Shown piece by piece: positions 51,185 through 61,440 of a stretch of DNA of 64,000 nt. Location of the stretch: the NCBI GenBank assembly GCA_949499045.1, contig CATEEE010000039.1, positions 3,276 through 67,275 on the forward strand, written 5' to 3'. A program made the position numbers and the translations under genes. The stretch is from Marinobacterium sp. xm-d-530. Its GTDB lineage: Bacteria > Pseudomonadota > Gammaproteobacteria > Pseudomonadales > Balneatricaceae. How positions within the stretch are numbered: the stretch's first letter is position 1; every line of letters begins with the position of its first letter. The notes beneath the pieces are model-generated. The model ran no database searches. It saw only the letters and a list, made by a program, of their open reading frames with translations, and was not told the origin of the DNA.

Positions 51185-52100
51185 ATACCTGCTCTAGAAT
51201 TTCGCCAGCACCCGCTGCAAGAAGCTTTTCGGCTAACTCAACCCCCAAGGCTTCAGCGTTCTCTTTATGACCACGAATTTCATCGCGTAATACCAGAGTG
51301 CCATCAGGGCGCCCTACGAGACCGCGCAACCAAATTTGATCATCTTCCAGTTCGGCATAGCAACCGATCGGAACTTGGCAGCCCCCCTCGAGACGTTTGT
51401 TCATAGCGCGTTCGGCAATGACTCGAGCGGCGGTTTCGTCATGGTTTAACGGTGCTAATAGCGCTTGAGTCTCAAGATCATCCATTCGGCATTCAATGCC
51501 GACCGCGCCTTGGCCGCCCGCAGGTAAACTCTCGGTTGAGTCGATTTGATGCTTTATGCGATCTTTCAGCTCGAGGCGAATCAATCCGGCTGATGCTAGG
51601 ATGATGGCATCGTATTCACCGGCATCCAGTTTTCCGAGTCGGGTTTGAACATTGCCACGCAGCGTTTTGATTTCCAAATCGGGGCGGCGCTCACGCAGCT
51701 GTACTTCTCGGCGTAGTGAAGAGGTTCCTACAACGGCACCCTGAGGGAGTTCGTCAAAATGGTTATAGGTGTTGCTGACAAATGCATCTGTCGGTGTTTC
51801 GCGTTCACAGATGACTGACAACCCTAGACCTTCTGGAAACTCCATCGGTACATCTTTCATCGAGTGCACTGCGATATCCGCACGGCCTTCGAGCATGGAT
51901 ACTTCTAACTCCTTAACAAAAAGACCTTTACCGCCAATTTTGGCGAGCGGTGTATCCAAGATCTTATCGCCGCGGGTCACCATAGTGACGAGCTCAACGT
52001 TTAGGTCGGAATGTAACTCTTCGAGACGGGCTTTGACGAATTCTGCTTGCCATAAAGCGAGTAAGCTTTGGCGAGTCGCAATGCGGAGTGTGCGTGACAT
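51168..52100 (-). CDS. hemC: Hydroxymethylbilane synthase
   Basis: [47 protein letters not shown]. Confidence 0.98.
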   Translation of the reverse strand: MSRTLRIATRQSLLALWQAEFVKARLEELHSDLNVELVTMVTRGDKILDTPLAKIGGKGLFVKELEVSMLEGRADIAVHSMKDVPMEFPEGLGLSVICERETPTDAFVSNTYNHFDELPQGAVVGTSSLRREVQLRERRPDLEIKTLRGNVQTRLGKLDAGEYDAIILASAGLIRLELKDRIKHQIDSTESLPAGGQGAVGIECRMDDLETQALLAPLNHDETAARVIAERAMNKRLEGGCQVPIGCYAELEDDQIWLRGLVGRPDGTLVLRDEIRGHKENAEALGVELAEKLLAAGAGEILEQVYAERG

Positions 52101-52265
52101 GAAACTTCCAAATAGAGATCATTTTTTCGAATTGTCTAAGTGTATCAGATGTCTCTGCTAAATTGAGCGTCTGGACGGGTTATTAGATCGGCTGAGAGTG
52201 CTATAATTGCGCCACTATTTTATACGGTGTCATCCACCGAGACAGTTTCAAGAGAGGTAAATGAG

Positions 52266-53663
52266 ATGAGTGATCAAACGAACCAGCAGTGGGGTGGTCG
52301 TTTTAGTGAGGCAACCGATGCGTTTGTGGCTCGATTCACCGCTTCAGTGGATTTTGATCAGCGTCTCTACCGTCAAGACATTCAGGGCTCTATTGCGCAT
52401 GCGCGCATGTTAACCAAAGTGGGCGTTCTGACTGAAGATGAACGCGATGCAATCATTAAGGGTCTGGGTGAAATCCGCATTGAGATTGAACGGGGTGACT
52501 TCGAATGGTCTGTTGCGCTGGAAGATGTGCACATGAACATTGAAGCGGCACTGACCAAGAAAATTGGCATTACCGGTAAAAAGCTGCACACGGGACGCTC
52601 GCGTAACGACCAAGTAGCAACGGATATCCGTCTCTACATGCGTGATGAGATTGATCAGATTTTGTCTGAAATTACACGTCTGCAAACGGGTCTATTGGAT
52701 CTGGCTGAGCGCAATGCTGACACCATCATGCCAGGCTTTACTCACCTGCAAACGGCACAGCCTGTCACCTTTGGCCACCACCTCTTGGCATGGTACGAGA
52801 TGCTTTGTCGTGACTACGAGCGCTTTGCAGACTGCCGTAAGCGTGTCAATGTGATGCCACTTGGTGCTGCTGCTCTGGCGGGTACGACTTACCCAATCGA
52901 TCGTCACTACACGGCCGAGCTTCTGGATTTTACAATGCCAGCTCGTAACTCATTGGATGCTGTGTCAGATCGTGATTTCGCTATTGAATTCTGTGCCGCT
53001 TCCAGTGTGCTACTGATGCACATGACTCGTATGTCAGAAGAGCTAGTGCTTTGGACGTCTGCACAGTTTAACTTTATCAATCTTCCAGACCGCTTCTGTA
53101 CCGGCTCTTCGATCATGCCGCAGAAGAAGAACCCAGACGTGCCAGAGCTGGTGCGAGGTAAATCGGGTCGTGTCTACGGGCATCTTATGTCGTTGCTAAC
53201 CTTGATGAAGTCACAACCCTTGGCGTACAACAAAGATAACCAAGAAGATAAAGAGCCTCTGTTTGATGCGGTGGATACGGTACAAGGCTGTCTGCGTGCG
53301 TTTGGTGATATGGTGCCTGCCATTGAAGCCCGTCCTGAAGAGATGCGTGAAGCGGCTCGTCGTGGTTTCTCAACTGCAACTGACTTAGCAGACTACCTTG
53401 TGCGTGCGGGCGTTGCTTTCCGTGATGCTCATGAAATCGTCGGGCTATCGGTGGCTTATGGTATTAAAACAGGCAAAGACCTTTCAGATATGACCCTTGA
53501 AGAGTTACGTCAGTTCTCCGATCAGATTCATGAAGATGTCTTTGAAGTGCTAACCCTTGAGGGGTCAGTGGCTGCTCGTGACCATATCGGGGGTACCGCT
53601 CCTAACCAAGTTCGATTGGCTGTAACAGCGGGTCGAAAAGAGTTGGCGAATCGCGCTGATTAA
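52266..53663 (+). CDS. argH: Argininosuccinate lyase
   Basis: [35 protein letters not shown]. Start taken at ATG 52266. Confidence 0.98.
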   Translation: MSDQTNQQWGGRFSEATDAFVARFTASVDFDQRLYRQDIQGSIAHARMLTKVGVLTEDERDAIIKGLGEIRIEIERGDFEWSVALEDVHMNIEAALTKKIGITGKKLHTGRSRNDQVATDIRLYMRDEIDQILSEITRLQTGLLDLAERNADTIMPGFTHLQTAQPVTFGHHLLAWYEMLCRDYERFADCRKRVNVMPLGAAALAGTTYPIDRHYTAELLDFTMPARNSLDAVSDRDFAIEFCAASSVLLMHMTRMSEELVLWTSAQFNFINLPDRFCTGSSIMPQKKNPDVPELVRGKSGRVYGHLMSLLTLMKSQPLAYNKDNQEDKEPLFDAVDTVQGCLRAFGDMVPAIEARPEEMREAARRGFSTATDLADYLVRAGVAFRDAHEIVGLSVAYGIKTGKDLSDMTLEELRQFSDQIHEDVFEVLTLEGSVAARDHIGGTAPNQVRLAVTAGRKELANRAD

Positions 53664-53681
53664 CCTTCGCCAATGCTAAAC

Positions 53682-53709
53682 AAAAAAACTGCCTACGGGC
53701 AGTTTTTTT
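53682..53709. terminator. Bidirectional terminator argH/gcvR
   Basis: AAAAAAACTGCC-TACG-GGCAGTTTTTTT. Confidence 0.88.
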
Positions 53710-53724
53710 GTTTTTAGCCACCCA

Positions 53725-54237
53725 TTATGCAAAGGTGATGTCGACCATTAGGTCGGATGCGATCTCTTCCAGTGCTGCTTGCACGCTGTCTAGATCAACA
53801 CTTTTTGGCACTTGAAGCTCACCTTTGGCTTTAAAGAGAAGCTCAGATGACATAGAGCCCGGTGTCAGTTCAGTCTCTAGGCTGGCGACGTTGATGCCTA
53901 AAAGCGAAAGGGTGTTTGAGATATCACGGACGATACCCTGTTTGTCGTGACCGACCAAATCAAGCGTGACCGTTTCATACTCGGTAGTGCTCGCTTCACT
54001 GTCACTGACTTCGCAGGATACGCGAATGCCTTGATCTTTAAGGTTGTTCAGTGCGCTCGTTAAACTGTCCAAATTTGCAGCAGGTACATCAACTACAACA
54101 ACCCCCGCGAATTTACCCGCCAGTTGCGATAGACTGGATTCAGACCAGTTACCCTGGTGCTCTGATATGGCTGCAGAGATTAGGTTTACGAGTCCTGGTT
54201 TATCATCAGCAATAAAGCTGAGCACTAAAGATTTCAT
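53725..54237 (-). CDS. ACT-domain glycine cleavage system regulator (GcvR-like)
   Basis: Two ACT domains: ADDKPGLV, SSLSQLAGKFAG, GHDKQGIV. Confidence 0.82.
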   Translation of the reverse strand: MKSLVLSFIADDKPGLVNLISAAISEHQGNWSESSLSQLAGKFAGVVVVDVPAANLDSLTSALNNLKDQGIRVSCEVSDSEASTTEYETVTLDLVGHDKQGIVRDISNTLSLLGINVASLETELTPGSMSSELLFKAKGELQVPKSVDLDSVQAALEEIASDLMVDITFA

Positions 54238-54330
54238 TATCGTCGTTCCACAGAAAGGATGCTCTAAAGCATGATCGTTGTTAGGTTTGTCTCAAAGACT
54301 AGCACTTTGTTTGGCAAGTGTGCATAACTG

Positions 54331-55248
54331 ATGGATATTTTTGCGGCCCTTTGGCCGGTCTTTGCCCTTCTGCTTTTAGGTGTGTTGATCAATCGAGTCC
54401 AGTTCGTTGATCACAGCTTTTGGAACGGTGCAGAGAAGATCATCTACTACCTCTGCTTTCCAGCCTTGTTAGTGACTAGGCTTGCAGCAGCCGACTTTAA
54501 TGGCAATGAATCTTTGGTCCTGATTGAAGCGGTACTACTTCTTTTAGCACTAGGCTCGCTGTTTTTACTGGGTTTGCAGAGGGTTTTGAAATTCAGAGCA
54601 GCCTCTTTTACGTCGGTGTATCAAGGGGGTCTACGTTTTAATACCTACATCACATTGGCTATTGCAGCGAGCTTGATTCCGGGTCAGGGCTTGGTCATTG
54701 CTGCCATCATCGCTTCAGTTATGATTCCCCTGCTCAATCTACTCTGTGTGTTGGTGTTTGCTATTTACAGCGATAAACGACCCTCTGTTTTAACGGTATT
54801 AAAGCAGATATTGAGTAATCCACTGATTGTTGCTTGTCTACTTGGGTTGGCGTTGAACCTCTCCAGTTTGGGAATACCGAGTCTAGTCTCTCCTGTGCTG
54901 GAACTGTTGGCTCAGGTTGCTTTGCCGTTGGGTCTTCTTGCAGTTGGTGCCGGAATCAATCTAAAGGCCATGCGTTCTTCAGGTTTGCCACTGATGATGG
55001 GAGTTGTTGCTCGGTTAATCGTAATGCCTCTTTTGGCATTGGCGGTTGGATTGATGCTTCAGTTATCACCAAACGCGCTGCTTATTTTTATGGTATTTGC
55101 CTCGGTACCAACGGCTTCAGCGGCCTACATTCTGGCAAAACAGCTGAATGGGGATGCCCCATTGGTTGCGAATATTCTCTCTACACAGACCTTGTTATCT
55201 ATGTTGACCTTACCGGTGGCTCTATCTTTGCCGGGTCTGATTCTGTGA
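54331..55248 (+). CDS. AEC (auxin efflux carrier) family transporter
   Basis: About 10 TM segments, YYLCFPALL, QGGLRFNTY, ILSNPLI, VPTASAAYILA. Confidence 0.9.
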   Translation: MDIFAALWPVFALLLLGVLINRVQFVDHSFWNGAEKIIYYLCFPALLVTRLAAADFNGNESLVLIEAVLLLLALGSLFLLGLQRVLKFRAASFTSVYQGGLRFNTYITLAIAASLIPGQGLVIAAIIASVMIPLLNLLCVLVFAIYSDKRPSVLTVLKQILSNPLIVACLLGLALNLSSLGIPSLVSPVLELLAQVALPLGLLAVGAGINLKAMRSSGLPLMMGVVARLIVMPLLALAVGLMLQLSPNALLIFMVFASVPTASAAYILAKQLNGDAPLVANILSTQTLLSMLTLPVALSLPGLIL

Positions 55249-55285
55249 ACAGATAATAATTTTTAAATTTTTTTGAAACTATTTT

Positions 55286-55312
55286 GAACTTTTTTCTGAT
55301 GCTGCGGTCTTA
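55286..55312 (+). promoter_or_regulatory. SigmaE/AlgU-like promoter
   Basis: GAACTT (55286-55291), N16, TCTTA (55308-55312), resembling GAACTT-N16/17-TCNNA. Confidence 0.5.
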
Positions 55313-55343
55313 TTAAATAAGCCTCCTAGTTTCAGTTCAAAAT

Positions 55344-55436
55344 ATGAAAATGAAACAATCTCCAGACCTATTGCTGCTTCTCACGGTTACTTTAGTAACC
55401 GGAGTTGCAGTGACCGGGTTGATCCAGTTGATCTAA
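55344..55436 (+). CDS. 30-aa single-helix membrane peptide
   Basis: Hand-translated MKMKQSPDLLLLLTVTLVTGVAVTGLIQLI. It lies just downstream of the sigmaE-like promoter; no clear SD sequence. Confidence 0.5.
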   Translation: MKMKQSPDLLLLLTVTLVTGVAVTGLIQLI

Positions 55437-55445
55437 GCACACTCT

Positions 55446-56039
55446 TTAAGCCATATAGCGTCTCTTGTCAGTCGCAATGCCATGCATTGGAATATCCCAG
55501 GATTGTATCGGTAGTTGCTCAACCTTCTGCAGCTCATGTGCCACACCAATGAGTTTTGGGCCGTGCATAAAGCCTTTTTTCTGTGTGAACTCGAAGGTTC
55601 TATCGTAGTAACCGCCCCCCATGCCCATGCGTCCGCCCCTTTGATCAAAGGCAACCAGTGGCATCAGTACCAAATCTACAGCCCAGGCAGGCGTGTGCGA
55701 GCGCTTTAGTTTGGGTTCCCAGATCTTATAGCGATTTTGATTCATTAGAGTGTTGGATTGGTAATTAGTAAACCAGAGTCGATTGTGTCTGACAGGATGC
55801 AGCACTGGCAGGTAGACAGATTTTTTAAGCTTCCAACACAATGTAATCAGCGGGTTTAAATCGATTTCTCCATCGTTAGCTAGGTAGACCGCAATGCGTT
55901 TAGCGCGATGAAAGAAGGGGGCTTTTCTGAGTTGGTGAGCTAATGAGAGTGCAGCACGCTTCTGCTGTTTGCTAGAAAGTGCACGTCGTGCACGACGTTT
56001 CTCTAGACGAATGGTTTTTCTATCTTCGGTACTGAGCAT
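55446..56039 (-). CDS. ygfA: 5-formyltetrahydrofolate cyclo-ligase
   Basis: IAVYLANDGEID, VYLPV, LMPLVAFD..GGRMGMGGGYYDRT; follows 6S RNA. Confidence 0.95.
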   Translation of the reverse strand: MLSTEDRKTIRLEKRRARRALSSKQQKRAALSLAHQLRKAPFFHRAKRIAVYLANDGEIDLNPLITLCWKLKKSVYLPVLHPVRHNRLWFTNYQSNTLMNQNRYKIWEPKLKRSHTPAWAVDLVLMPLVAFDQRGGRMGMGGGYYDRTFEFTQKKGFMHGPKLIGVAHELQKVEQLPIQSWDIPMHGIATDKRRYMA

Positions 56040-56047
56040 AGAGAAAA

Positions 56048-56222
56048 GACCCCAGGATGCCGGTGGTGTTCTTGGCCCTGAACCCGAAGGTTCAGAGTGG
56101 ATACGAGTATAAATATATTAGGCTTTCCGCACGCGGACATGCTCACAATACTTATTCCCCGCATCCGGGAAAATGATTATCGGCTCGAGGGACTTGAACA
56201 ACTGTCGAACATCCCAGGGTTG
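56048..56222 (-). ncRNA. ssrS: 6S RNA
   Basis: Between zapA and ygfA. Long closing stem (CCCTGGGATG / CATCCTGGGG) and conserved segments GAGCCGATA, GCATGTCCGC..CGGAAAGCC, TGAACC-TTCG-GGTTCA. TATAAT at 56228-56233 on the minus strand. Ends are approximate. Confidence 0.93.
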
Positions 56223-56273
56223 TTTTAATTATAACCTTCTGAAGCCGCTATAAAAGGTTTAAAGGGCAGAAAA

Positions 56274-56555
56274 CTATGAAAATTTTGCAAGCGTCGCGTC
56301 GATTTTATCGATTATCTGCTTGGATTCATCATGTGAGCTTGCTTCGGCTTTCGATGAATTCAGATTGTCATAACTTAAGTTGAGAGCCGCCATAACGGCT
56401 ATACGTTCCATGCCCAGCAGTTTGCCACTGCTAGAAATTTCACGCATTTTACCGTCCAAGTTCTCTGCTGCTGCAATAAGCCCTGCTTCAGCGCCGGCTG
56501 GGCAGCTAAGTGTGTACTCTTTATCTAGAAGAGAGACCGTCAATGTGTTGCTCAT
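56274..56555 (-). CDS. zapA: Cell division protein ZapA
   Basis: LLDKEY..CP, ERIAVMAALN; upstream of 6S RNA. Confidence 0.92.
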   Translation of the reverse strand: MSNTLTVSLLDKEYTLSCPAGAEAGLIAAAENLDGKMREISSSGKLLGMERIAVMAALNLSYDNLNSSKAEASSHDESKQIIDKIDATLAKFS

Positions 56556-56761
56556 GAACTTTTCTCCAAAACTCGAAGGCGATTCAACATTGATTCAACA
56601 CGGCTACGAGTGCCTTCGTGTATTTTGAGTAGCTGAGCACGCTCCTCCTTCAACTTAAGGTTCTGTGTCTGTAGATGACGATTCTGCTCATCCAGTTTTT
56701 GTACCAATTCGATCAACTGATCAACTTTGGTGGCGAGCATTGCTTGGTTTGCTTCTGACAT
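56552..56761 (-). CDS. TIGR02449-like coiled-coil protein (ZapB-like)
   Basis: KVDQLIEL...LDEQNRHL...RSRVESMLNRL; overlaps the zapA start. Confidence 0.8.
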   Translation of the reverse strand: MSEANQAMLATKVDQLIELVQKLDEQNRHLQTQNLKLKEERAQLLKIHEGTRSRVESMLNRLRVLEKSS

Positions 56762-56948
56762 TGACTGCCTCAAAAGTTTTGATTTCAGAACATATTAGCA
56801 GGCAGTTGCATTGGGTCAATGATCTGCATAGCTCCAAAGAGCGCAAAATGCTAGGATCAACACCGATAAATGCTCTTGAAAGAGGTCGTCTTAAACACCG
56901 TCTTAGGAGCATCTGAACCTTTATTTCTATCGTAATAAGTGAGAGTCA

Positions 56949-57512
56949 ATGAGCGCGCCAGATTTTGATCAACTAGCCAATTTAATGATTGAAGAGGGAG
57001 CCATTGCTTTTTCCCCCTCCGAACTGCATGGTGCGATCGTTGGGCAGCTCACAGCCGCTAGACGTTTTGATAAGACAACTCTTGAGGCGTTTTGTGTCAC
57101 TCAGTTGGATATCACTCGTATCGCTCTTGAGAGCAGTAGCGAGAAGTTGATGGCACTCTACACTCAGATTTTAGAACAGCTGGAATCATCCGCGTTTGAA
57201 TTGGCTATTTTGCTACCGGATGATGAGCAGTCCCTGGCTGAGCGTGCAGAGCATTTAGGGCTTTGGGTGACTGGTTTCTTGGCAGGATTTGGCATGGCGA
57301 TCGGTGATCAAGGGCAGCACCTATCCAATGATGCGCAAGATGGTCTGAAAGACTTGGTGCAGATTGCTCAAATTGAAGCAGATGGTCAGGCAGAAGAGGA
57401 TGAAAACCTTCTGATGGAGGTTGAGGAGTACGTTCGCATGGCGGCCATGTTGTTGTTTAGTGAATGTAATAAAGTGGAGTCTACTGAGGCTGATAAGCCG
57501 GTAATGCACTGA
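56949..57512 (+). CDS. ygfB: UPF0149 family protein (YgfB/YecA)
   Basis: SPSELHG, LGLWVTGFLAGFG, EVEEYVRMAAMLLF; first gene of the pepP operon. Confidence 0.88.
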   Translation: MSAPDFDQLANLMIEEGAIAFSPSELHGAIVGQLTAARRFDKTTLEAFCVTQLDITRIALESSSEKLMALYTQILEQLESSAFELAILLPDDEQSLAERAEHLGLWVTGFLAGFGMAIGDQGQHLSNDAQDGLKDLVQIAQIEADGQAEEDENLLMEVEEYVRMAAMLLFSECNKVESTEADKPVMH

Positions 57513-58825
57513 TGAAAATTGATCTCTCTATCTATAAAGAGCGCCGAGCAAAGCTGCTCTCTGAGCTACCTGATAATTCGGTCATGATTGTCGCTGCGGC
57601 CTCTCTGGTAAGTCGCAACGCCGACGCTGAGTATCCGTTTAGACAGTCGAGCGATTTCTACTACCTTACTGGATTTAATGAGCCGGATGGCTTGTTGCTT
57701 CTAAAGCCGGGTTCAGATCAGTCGGTCGTGTTGTTCTGCCAGCCACGTGATCCTGAAATGGAGATCTGGACAGGTTACAGAGCAGGTCCAGAGGGCTGCA
57801 TAGAGACCTATGGTGCCGATGCCGCCTACAATCTTTCAGAGATTGATCAACAAATTCCCTCGTTGATCGATGGTGTTGATCAGCTTTTCTATCCCTTGGC
57901 TCGTGATGCTGCTCTGGATTCTCGGGTTAAAGGGTGGATTCAGGATTTAGCAAAACGCGTTCGTGCTGGCGCTGAAGTACCCAAGGCCTTGAGTGATTCA
58001 GACCCTATTTTGCATGAGATGCGCCTGTTCAAATCCGATGCTGAGATTGCCATCATGCAGCGAGCTGCCGATATCTCTGCCCAGGCTCATGTCAAAGCAA
58101 TGCAGCAGTGCGCCGTCGGAATGAATGAGTTTCAACTGGAAGCGATTATTCAGAGTCACTGCATGGCTGAGGGCGCTCGCTTTCAAGCCTATACACCTAT
58201 TGTGGCGGCAGGAAGAAATGCCTGTATTCTCCACTACATCGATAACGATCAGTCTATTCATGACGGTGATCTCATTCTGATCGATGCGGGTTGTGAGCTA
58301 GATAACTATGCCAGTGACATAACTCGCACTTTCCCAGCCAATGGCCAATTCAGTCATGAGCAGCAAGCGATCTATCAACTGGTGTTGAATGCGAATAAGG
58401 CCTGTATTGCAGCGGTGAAACCCGGTTGTAACTGGGACGCTTTGCATCAGTTGTCAGTTACTATATTGACCGAAGGATTGGTCGAACTTGGGCTCCTATC
58501 CGGTGAGGTGGATCAGTTGATTGAGTCAGGCGCGTTCCGTCGATTCTATATGCACCGCGTAGGGCACTGGTTGGGTATGGATGTTCATGATGTAGGATCC
58601 TATCGTGTTGAAGGTGAGTGGCGCGAGCTTGCACCTGGAATTGTTACGACCATTGAGCCGGGCTTGTATATAGCGCCTGATGACCACTCCGTGGAAGAGC
58701 GTTGGCGTGGTATAGGCGTTCGTATTGAAGATGATGTCCTGGTGACTGAGGATGGTGCGCGGGTATTAACCTCTGCGGTGCCTAAAGAGATCGATGAGAT
58801 AGAGGCATTGATGCGCCGTGCATGA
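57512..58825 (+). CDS. pepP: Xaa-Pro aminopeptidase
   Basis: FRQSSDFYYLTGF, LIDAG, YASDITRTFP, HRVGHWLGMDVHD, TIEPGLY, GVRIEDD. Confidence 0.97.
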   Translation: MKIDLSIYKERRAKLLSELPDNSVMIVAAASLVSRNADAEYPFRQSSDFYYLTGFNEPDGLLLLKPGSDQSVVLFCQPRDPEMEIWTGYRAGPEGCIETYGADAAYNLSEIDQQIPSLIDGVDQLFYPLARDAALDSRVKGWIQDLAKRVRAGAEVPKALSDSDPILHEMRLFKSDAEIAIMQRAADISAQAHVKAMQQCAVGMNEFQLEAIIQSHCMAEGARFQAYTPIVAAGRNACILHYIDNDQSIHDGDLILIDAGCELDNYASDITRTFPANGQFSHEQQAIYQLVLNANKACIAAVKPGCNWDALHQLSVTILTEGLVELGLLSGEVDQLIESGAFRRFYMHRVGHWLGMDVHDVGSYRVEGEWRELAPGIVTTIEPGLYIAPDDHSVEERWRGIGVRIEDDVLVTEDGARVLTSAVPKEIDEIEALMRRA

Positions 58826-60074
58826 ATCGCAGTTTGATCTAATCATTTGTGGTGGAGGCATGGTTGGCGCCAGTTTGGTTGCCGCACTGGTTCCCTCAGC
58901 GCAATCTTTAGGTCTGAAAATTGCTCTTATTGAGCAGAGCCCAATGCAGGCTAAGCCTAACCCTGAATTTCAGCCCAGTTTTGATGCGCGCTCTACCGCA
59001 CTGGCTTATGGCTCCCGAACCGCCTTTGAATCGATGGGTCTGTGGGAGCTGCTCTATGAACATCTCACTCCAATCGATCGGATTCATGTGTCAAACAGAG
59101 GTCACTGGGGTCAAACGACCATGAGCGCCGAACAAGAGCGTGTCGACGCGCTTGGCTATGTTGTAGAGAACCACTGGTTGGGTCAGGTGCTCATGAGTTC
59201 AGTACTCTCTGCTCGAGATCAGGTTGAACTCTATTCGCCAGCCACCGTTGAATCGGTTGAGTGGGTGGATGGTCAGCGTCATGTCGTGATTGATCAAGAC
59301 GGTGAGTCGACCACTTTAACAGCCCCACTGGTGGTAATGGCCGATGGCGGACGTTCTGAGCTTAGGCAGCGAATGGGGATTGAGTATCGCCAGACGCCCT
59401 ATCATCAGCATGCCCTGATCGCCAACGTAGAGATTGATCGCCCGCATCAGGGTGTGGCCTACGAGCGCTTTACAGAGAGTGGGCCCATTGCACTTCTTCC
59501 GATTGAGGATCATGAAGGGCGCCATCGCATGGGGTTGGTTTGGACGCTGTCTGACGATCAGGTTGAAATGCGTATGGAGCAGGACGATCAGCCATTTTTG
59601 ACTGCTTTGCAAAATGCATTTGGCTACCGAGCAGGTCGCCTGGTCGGAGTAGGTGAGCGTTTTAGTTATCCTTTGCATCTCACTTTGGCCGATGAGCAGG
59701 CCCGTCGTGGTTTGGTGGTGCTTGGCAACGCAGCGCATGCTCTGCACCCTATTGCGGGACAGGGTTTTAATTTGGCACTGCGCGGTGTCTGTGAGTTAGC
59801 CGAGCAGGTGATGTTGGCTAAGCAAGCAGGCCAAGATATTGGTTCATTATCCATGCTGGAAGAGTTCATTGAAGGACGCAGAAAAGATCAAAGTCGTACC
59901 ATTGGCTTTGGGGACTCTGCATTGAAAATCTTTAGTTCTAGTAACCCTGCTATGCGTTTGGGTCGCAGCTTGGCTCTGCAAACTTTAGATCTGATTCCAT
60001 CGGCACGAACCCTATTGGCAAGAGCGGCGATGGGTTTAGATACCCCGGCAGCGAGGTTGAAGTCTAATGACTGA
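58818..60074 (+). CDS. ubiH: 2-octaprenyl-6-methoxyphenol hydroxylase
   Basis: GGGMVG, FDARSTAL, AYERFT..GPIALLP, LGNAAHALHPIAGQGFNL. Confidence 0.92.
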   Translation: MHESQFDLIICGGGMVGASLVAALVPSAQSLGLKIALIEQSPMQAKPNPEFQPSFDARSTALAYGSRTAFESMGLWELLYEHLTPIDRIHVSNRGHWGQTTMSAEQERVDALGYVVENHWLGQVLMSSVLSARDQVELYSPATVESVEWVDGQRHVVIDQDGESTTLTAPLVVMADGGRSELRQRMGIEYRQTPYHQHALIANVEIDRPHQGVAYERFTESGPIALLPIEDHEGRHRMGLVWTLSDDQVEMRMEQDDQPFLTALQNAFGYRAGRLVGVGERFSYPLHLTLADEQARRGLVVLGNAAHALHPIAGQGFNLALRGVCELAEQVMLAKQAGQDIGSLSMLEEFIEGRRKDQSRTIGFGDSALKIFSSSNPAMRLGRSLALQTLDLIPSARTLLARAAMGLDTPAARLKSND

Positions 60075-61359
60075 CGTGAATGCGGTTCGTTCAGTGGACG
60101 TTGCTGTTACTGGTGCAGGTATGACCGGCCTAGCTGCGGCGATTCAACTTGCAGATCTTGGTTTGAACGTTGAGGTGCTGGATCAGTTTGGTATGGATCT
60201 ATCATCCATAGATGATCAGGCCGACCAGCTTATGCGGGGGGCTTTTGATTCTCGTGTAAGTGCTCTCACACTGGCCTCTGTAGAGTTGCTTAAATCGCTG
60301 GGGGCTTGGTCTCATATACTCGGATGGCGCGCAGAACCTTATGAAAAAATGCATGTTTGGGATGGCGAGAGTCGTGGTGAGGTCGATTTTGACTGTTTCG
60401 ATATACATGAGAAACAGTTGGGCTTTATTGTAGAGAATCGCCTGATTGTGTTGGCGCTATTAAAGGCAGCACTGAACCGAAAGACTCTTAAACTGAATTT
60501 TGCTTCACGTATAAAAGCACTGGGTCGATTCGAAGAGTCCAGACGACTCATTGAGCTCGAAGATGGTGATCTTTTGTCAGCTCAGCTTGTGGTGGGTGCT
60601 GACGGTGCGCACTCCAATACACGTAAACAGTTGGGGTTGGCGACTCATGAGTGGGACTATGGTCAGCACGCTGTTGTTGCAACGCTTGAGATGACTCAAC
60701 CACATCAACACACCTGTTGGCAGCGTTTCACAGAAGATGGGCCGTTGGCACTACTACCTCTTAAAACCTCCAGTGCAAATAAGGTTTCTTTGGTCTGGTC
60801 GACCTCGCCAAAACATGCGGCTGAACTACTAGAGATGGATCAGGATGCATTTTGTGGAGCGGTCAGCTTTGGTTCTCGTGATGTGTTGGGTCAAGCGATT
60901 TCAGCAAGTGGTATTCAAATGGTGCCTCTAAGACAGCGCCATGCTAAGCGCTATGCCGTTGATGGAGGAGTGTTGATCGGTGATGCTGCGCACACCATCC
61001 ATCCGCTTGCAGGCCAGGGTGCTAATTTAGGATTTTTAGACAGTGCGGCGCTACACGATGTGATCGAGCAGGCGCAGATGCGGCGCGAAAAGATCGGTGA
61101 TGTGAAAGTATTAAAGCGTTATGAGCGTTCAAGACAGCTGAGCAATTTAAAAATGAGCGCCGCGATGGAAGGATTTAGACGCCTATTCTCACCACAGCCG
61201 GCTCCAGTCGAATGGGCACGCAGTATCGGGATGCGCCTTTTTAATCGTGTAGAACCGATCAAACAGCACATTATGTCAGAGGCGATGGGGATCTCCGGTG
61301 AGCTTCCGACTCGTATGCGAAGATCTGTATCGGGTAGGGTTGATCAAAGATTGAACTAA
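60067..61359 (+). CDS. ubiI: UbiI/VisC-like FAD-dependent hydroxylase
   Basis: GAGMTG, RVSAL, LGFIVEN, GADGAHS, IGDAAHTIHPLAGQGANLG; follows ubiH. UbiF is not excluded. Confidence 0.78.
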   Translation: MTDVNAVRSVDVAVTGAGMTGLAAAIQLADLGLNVEVLDQFGMDLSSIDDQADQLMRGAFDSRVSALTLASVELLKSLGAWSHILGWRAEPYEKMHVWDGESRGEVDFDCFDIHEKQLGFIVENRLIVLALLKAALNRKTLKLNFASRIKALGRFEESRRLIELEDGDLLSAQLVVGADGAHSNTRKQLGLATHEWDYGQHAVVATLEMTQPHQHTCWQRFTEDGPLALLPLKTSSANKVSLVWSTSPKHAAELLEMDQDAFCGAVSFGSRDVLGQAISASGIQMVPLRQRHAKRYAVDGGVLIGDAAHTIHPLAGQGANLGFLDSAALHDVIEQAQMRREKIGDVKVLKRYERSRQLSNLKMSAAMEGFRRLFSPQPAPVEWARSIGMRLFNRVEPIKQHIMSEAMGISGELPTRMRRSVSGRVDQRLN

Positions 61360-61440
61360 ACCCAGTTTAAGGTAAACTTCATGCCCCTTTTTGAAGCTTC
61401 GTTATTTAACGAGGTTTGTTGATTGAATACAGGACTGTAA

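Noticed and set aside
11953-53709. Similar short GC hairpins after many genes, as possible REP elements
   Set aside because: Stems differ in sequence and all have poly-T tails at gene ends, so they are ordinary intrinsic terminators.
54834-55256. 140-aa alternative-frame ORF in the AEC transporter
   Set aside because: Same-strand frame overlap with no motif; the 305-aa frame is a clear transporter.
59316-59747. 143-aa antisense ORF in ubiH
   Set aside because: Shadow ORF of a conserved gene with no independent signal. The same applies to the other antisense ORFs in core genes.
61360-61440. Possible glycine riboswitch before gcvT
   Set aside because: Only 81 bp, and no GGAGA-type aptamer core is visible.
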